Source of the DNA: an uncultured Paracoccus sp.
Lineage (GTDB): Bacteria > Pseudomonadota > Alphaproteobacteria > Rhodobacterales > Rhodobacteraceae
Assembly: GCF_937873615.1 (NCBI RefSeq)
Contig: NZ_CALMYP010000065.1
Location: forward strand, 97,542 to 161,541
DNA: 64,000 nucleotides
Direction of reading: 5' to 3'
Below are positions 60,609 to 64,000 of this stretch, in pieces. The position numbers and the translations under genes were made by a program. Every line of letters starts with the position of its first letter. Position 1 is the first letter of the stretch. The notes below the pieces were generated by a model. That model was not told where the DNA came from, did no database searches, and saw only the letters and a list, made by a program, of their open reading frames with translations.

Positions 60609-61774
60609 TGGGGGCCAATGCGTCGCAGCAGCGACAGATAGAACCCATCAGAGCCCTGCGGGGCGAGCCATTTGCGCTCGAACTCCTGCGAAAATCCGGC
60701 ATTCTCGCGCATAAAATCAGCGATCTGGCCCGCATTCTCCTGCGCCAGCAGCGAGCAGGTCATATAGGCGAGATGCCCGCCCGGGCGCACCATCGGCGCG
60801 ACCTCACGCAGAATCCCGGCCTGCGTCCTGATCAGCCGGTCCAGCCCGGCCGGGTCGAGACGCCATTTCGCATCCGGCGTCCGCCGCCAGGTTCCCGAGC
60901 CGGAGCAGGGCACATCGACCACCACCAGATCGTAATCCCGCCCCAACTGCCCCTGTGAGGCTATCGCAATCTCGACGCCCGCCCGGACCGCGCGGGCCGG
61001 CAAATCGGCCATGCGCGCCGGGGCCGCGTCATGCGCCGTCAGCGCAATCTCGGCGCGCGCGGCAAGCGCCAGCGACTTGCCGCCACCACCGGCGCAGTAA
61101 TCCAGCACCCGCGCGCCCGCCTGCAATGGCAGCGCCGCGCAGGCCAGTTGCGGCGAGAGATCCTGCAACTCGACCTTGCCCTCGCGATAGGCGGTGGATC
61201 CAGCGATCCGGCGCTCGCCCGCGACCACACGCAATGCGGTGGGCAGATCGGGCGTGGCCTCGGTCTCGATCCCGTCGCGGGTCAGTTCGGCGCGGACCTC
61301 ATCCGGGGTTGCGCGGCGCGGGTTCACGCGCAGCCAGACCGGCGCGCGCGACCGCATCGCCTCGGCCGCCGTGCGCGCATCGGGGCCGAGCGAGGCCTGC
61401 CAGTCGGGCCAGATCCAGTCCGGCAGATCGCTCAGCGCATCCGCCGCCTCGGGGCTGGCACCTGCCGCGCGTTCTTCGGCCAGAAGCGGCGGCGGGGCGT
61501 GGCGCTGACCGGTGAAGACCTCATCCGGGTCCTCGCCGCGCAGGCGCAGAAGCCCGATCATCAGCCCGCGCCCGCTCAGGCCGCCGCCGAGTGCGGCCAG
61601 ACTGTCGCGGCGGCGCAGGGCCTCGAAGACCAGATCGCGAATGGCGGCACGGTCGCCCGATCCGGCAAAGCGGCTGGCCCTCGCCCAGCCGAGCAGCGCA
61701 GGCTCTGCCGGTTGCCCGGCAAGAATGGCGTCGAGAATGCCGATCGCGGCGTCGATACGGGCGGCGGGGGTCAT
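60605..61774 (-). CDS. RsmB/NOP-family SAM-dependent RNA methyltransferase
   Basis: MTPAARI.AAI..LD, ELQDLSPQ, DYCAGGGGKSL, DVPCSGSG.WRR.PD, Y.TCS. Confidence 0.9.
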   Translation of the reverse strand: MTPAARIDAAIGILDAILAGQPAEPALLGWARASRFAGSGDRAAIRDLVFEALRRRDSLAALGGGLSGRGLMIGLLRLRGEDPDEVFTGQRHAPPPLLAEERAAGASPEAADALSDLPDWIWPDWQASLGPDARTAAEAMRSRAPVWLRVNPRRATPDEVRAELTRDGIETEATPDLPTALRVVAGERRIAGSTAYREGKVELQDLSPQLACAALPLQAGARVLDYCAGGGGKSLALAARAEIALTAHDAAPARMADLPARAVRAGVEIAIASQGQLGRDYDLVVVDVPCSGSGTWRRTPDAKWRLDPAGLDRLIRTQAGILREVAPMVRPGGHLAYMTCSLLAQENAGQIADFMRENAGFSQEFERKWLAPQGSDGFYLSLLRRIGPH

Positions 61775-61797
61775 GGGAAGTCCGGTTGCAGATGGGT

Positions 61798-63099
61798 TCA
61801 GGCGAAGAGGCGGAGGATGCGGCGACGCTTGACACCATCGGCGGCGGGCATCTGCGTCGAGACCTCGATCCGGGGTATCACGCAGCCCTTCCGATGCGCA
61901 AGCTCGGCACATGCGGCCCGCAGCTGCGGCAGCGCCGCAGCCGGATCGGCGCCGGTCAGATGAAAGCGCAGCCGGTCGGGCGCGGTCTGGGCAAGCGCCC
62001 AGTCCCGGACCCCGGGAATGCCGAAGGCGATGCGGCGCAACGCCTCGCTGCTGATCCAGCGCATGCCATCCGGGGCCGGCAGGAAGATCGCATCGTCCAG
62101 CCGCCCCTCGATCCGAGCAATGCCGGTCGAGGCGCAACCGCAGGGGCATGGCTCCGGGTCGGGCAACAGCACGTCGTCCAGCCGATAGTTGAGCACCATC
62201 AGGCTGCGCCGCGAAAGGTCGCTGATGATCGGCAGGAAGGCCCCGGTCCCGGCGTCGATGACCTCGCGGCGGAAGGCGATATGGCCTTCGTTCAGATGCA
62301 GCCGGCCATGGCGGCAGGTCATGGCCAGCACGCCCTCGGTGCATTGATAGATGATGTCGGGGCGGATGCCGAAGGCCTGTTCCAGCCGGCTGAGATCCTG
62401 CGGCTCGGCCGGCTCGGCCCCGCACAGGACCACGCTCGGGCGCAGGCGCAGGCCCAGTGCAGCGAGCGCCTCGGCAAGCGCCAGCAGGGTCGAGGGCGGG
62501 CCGGCCAAAACGGTCGGATCGAATTCGGCGATGCCTGCGACATGGACTTCCGCCGGCAGCATCGCCCCGAAGAAGCGCAGCCGCAGCGGCCCGGCATTCA
62601 ACGCGTCGTAAAGCCGGTTATCGGCGCGCAGGAACAGCGCGGTCCGCTGCGGGCGCAGGGCCGGGCGCGGCCAGAACCGCCCCGCCAGCGCCCCCGCCCA
62701 AAGCCGCCGCTCGGCCGGGCCGGTGACATAAAGGCCGCGCCGTCCCGACGTGCCGGTGGAGAACCCGGCGGCCAGCCCGTCCCGGCGCGACGGCAGGGCC
62801 GGCGCACCCGGTTCGGCGGAACGCGCCATGGCCTCGGCTTCGGCCCGGGTCAGGCCAGACGTGGTCAGCCCGTCGAATTCGGCCATCAGCCGGTCGCGAT
62901 CCATGGCCGGCAGATCATGGGGATCGGCGGGATCGAGGCCCCGGTAAAACCCCGTCAACGGCAGCAGGTCACGCCGCATCCGCGCCCATTCCCGGCGCTG
63001 ATGCGTCTCGATCGCCGCGCGGTCGGCGAAGCCGCCCCAGCGATGCCGGGCGAAGGCCCGGATCGCCGCCCAGATCCCGCGCTCAGGAGGTGCGGACAT
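61798..63099 (-). CDS. Adenylate-forming enzyme (F390 synthetase/PaaK-like)
   Basis: STGTSGRRG P-loop, ALFLRADN.LY, IYQCTEG, LNYRLDDVL, RIEGRLDD; K.RRI near the C-terminus. Confidence 0.8.
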   Translation of the reverse strand: MSAPPERGIWAAIRAFARHRWGGFADRAAIETHQRREWARMRRDLLPLTGFYRGLDPADPHDLPAMDRDRLMAEFDGLTTSGLTRAEAEAMARSAEPGAPALPSRRDGLAAGFSTGTSGRRGLYVTGPAERRLWAGALAGRFWPRPALRPQRTALFLRADNRLYDALNAGPLRLRFFGAMLPAEVHVAGIAEFDPTVLAGPPSTLLALAEALAALGLRLRPSVVLCGAEPAEPQDLSRLEQAFGIRPDIIYQCTEGVLAMTCRHGRLHLNEGHIAFRREVIDAGTGAFLPIISDLSRRSLMVLNYRLDDVLLPDPEPCPCGCASTGIARIEGRLDDAIFLPAPDGMRWISSEALRRIAFGIPGVRDWALAQTAPDRLRFHLTGADPAAALPQLRAACAELAHRKGCVIPRIEVSTQMPAADGVKRRRILRLFA

Positions 63100-63910
63100 G
63101 CGGGTCATGCGAGACGATGATCTCGATCCCTTCCGAGGCCAGACGGCCAAGCGCCTCGAAGGTGCGGCGATAGGCGACCGGGTCGCCCAGCCGGGCTAGA
63201 ATGGCGGCTGGCGGCAGCACGCCGTCGCGCAGTGCCGCACCGGAAAACGCCGCATCCGCCGCCAGCAGCACCGGCCCGCGAGAGCTGCGCGGCAGCCACA
63301 GCCCGATCTGGCCATTGCCATGCCCCGGCAGGGCGACCGAGATCATGCTGCCATCGCCCCTGAGGTCGTGGCCCGGCCCGAAACCCGCAAGCGCGGGCGG
63401 CAGGGCGCAGGTGGGTGCGGCCTCGATCTCGGTCAGCCGGCCATCCGTGACAAGCCCCTGCAATTGCCGGGCAAGCGCCATGGGCAGCGCCTCGAACAGG
63501 GCCGCGACCCGACCCGCAGCGCCCTTCCCAGGTGCAATCCGGGCCAGCTTCGCCAGCGCCTCGCGGCTGGCCAGACAGGGCGGCATCGGGTCGAGGTCGA
63601 ACAGCCCGGTGACATGATCGGCATGAAGATGCGAGAAGATCACCCGCGAGACCTGCCCTACCCCCAGCCGGCGCAGCGAAACGTCAAGCTGCTGACCCGC
63701 CGGGATGCGCGACGGCACTGCCAGCCGATAGGCGAATTCCGGCAGCCGTCGGGTGATCCACGACCAGGTCCGGCCATAGCCGGTATCGAACAGGCTGACC
63801 TCATCGCCATGGTCCAGCACCGCCACAAGCGCCGGCACCACGCGCGGCACCGGGGCCGCATCGCGCCGCAGCGCCGTGCCGGGCGAGACGCAATCGCCGA
63901 CGCGCAGCAT
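63083..63910 (-). CDS. MBL-fold metallo-hydrolase; start uncertain because the frame is open to the window edge
   Basis: LFDTGY, SHLHADHVTG (HxHxDH), LPGHG.GQ.G, AADAA, SHD. Confidence 0.85.
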   Translation of the reverse strand: MLRVGDCVSPGTALRRDAAPVPRVVPALVAVLDHGDEVSLFDTGYGRTWSWITRRLPEFAYRLAVPSRIPAGQQLDVSLRRLGVGQVSRVIFSHLHADHVTGLFDLDPMPPCLASREALAKLARIAPGKGAAGRVAALFEALPMALARQLQGLVTDGRLTEIEAAPTCALPPALAGFGPGHDLRGDGSMISVALPGHGNGQIGLWLPRSSRGPVLLAADAAFSGAALRDGVLPPAAILARLGDPVAYRRTFEALGRLASEGIEIIVSHDPHVRTS

Positions 63911-64000
63911 CTCCAGCCGGATGGCATTGTCGCGCGGTTGGGCCGGAACCGGGACCGGACGGGGGCCGGTCGATGGCCTGCTCAGCCCCGAGAGCCCCTC

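Overview
GC-rich alphaproteobacterial chromosome segment, most likely Paracoccus or a close Rhodobacteraceae relative (judged from the EtfB and RecA sequences). It has two parts. (1) About 1-24,000 is an accessory catabolic block: an IorB-like gene (5'-truncated), a MarR, a Rieske oxygenase operon (reductase-alpha-beta-SDR), a P-loop kinase, a TRAP transporter with a second MarR, an anthraniloyl-CoA/salicylyl-CoA monooxygenase-reductase cluster with beta-oxidation genes and gcdH but no CoA ligase in the window, and a LacI/TRAP/VOC/RuBisCO-like protein/DUF1537 kinase acid-sugar cluster. (2) About 24,100-64,000 is mostly core genome: murC-murG-ftsW, pduO-etfBA-hbd, the PTS/rapZ/hprK cluster, pckA, aminopeptidase P, cobT/cobS interrupted by a Hint gene and glsA, proC, csaA, lolA, dat, an MFS, a YejA-like binding protein, imelysin/DUF1513, recA, cckA, an RsmB-family gene, and the end of an adenylate-forming enzyme/MBL cluster. 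Best lead: a probable indole-3-acetate/indole to anthraniloyl-CoA supercluster that shares one AT-rich operator, in which an IOR-like enzyme may make the CoA ester directly. Other leads: a variant RLP sugar pathway, an orphan terminator with switch-like RNA structure, an unusual glsA leader, missing chvIG, CtrA boxes flanking cckA, and an Ole-like lipid cluster. No tRNA, rRNA, CRISPR array or transposase was recognised. All family calls come from motif recognition by eye; no database search was run.
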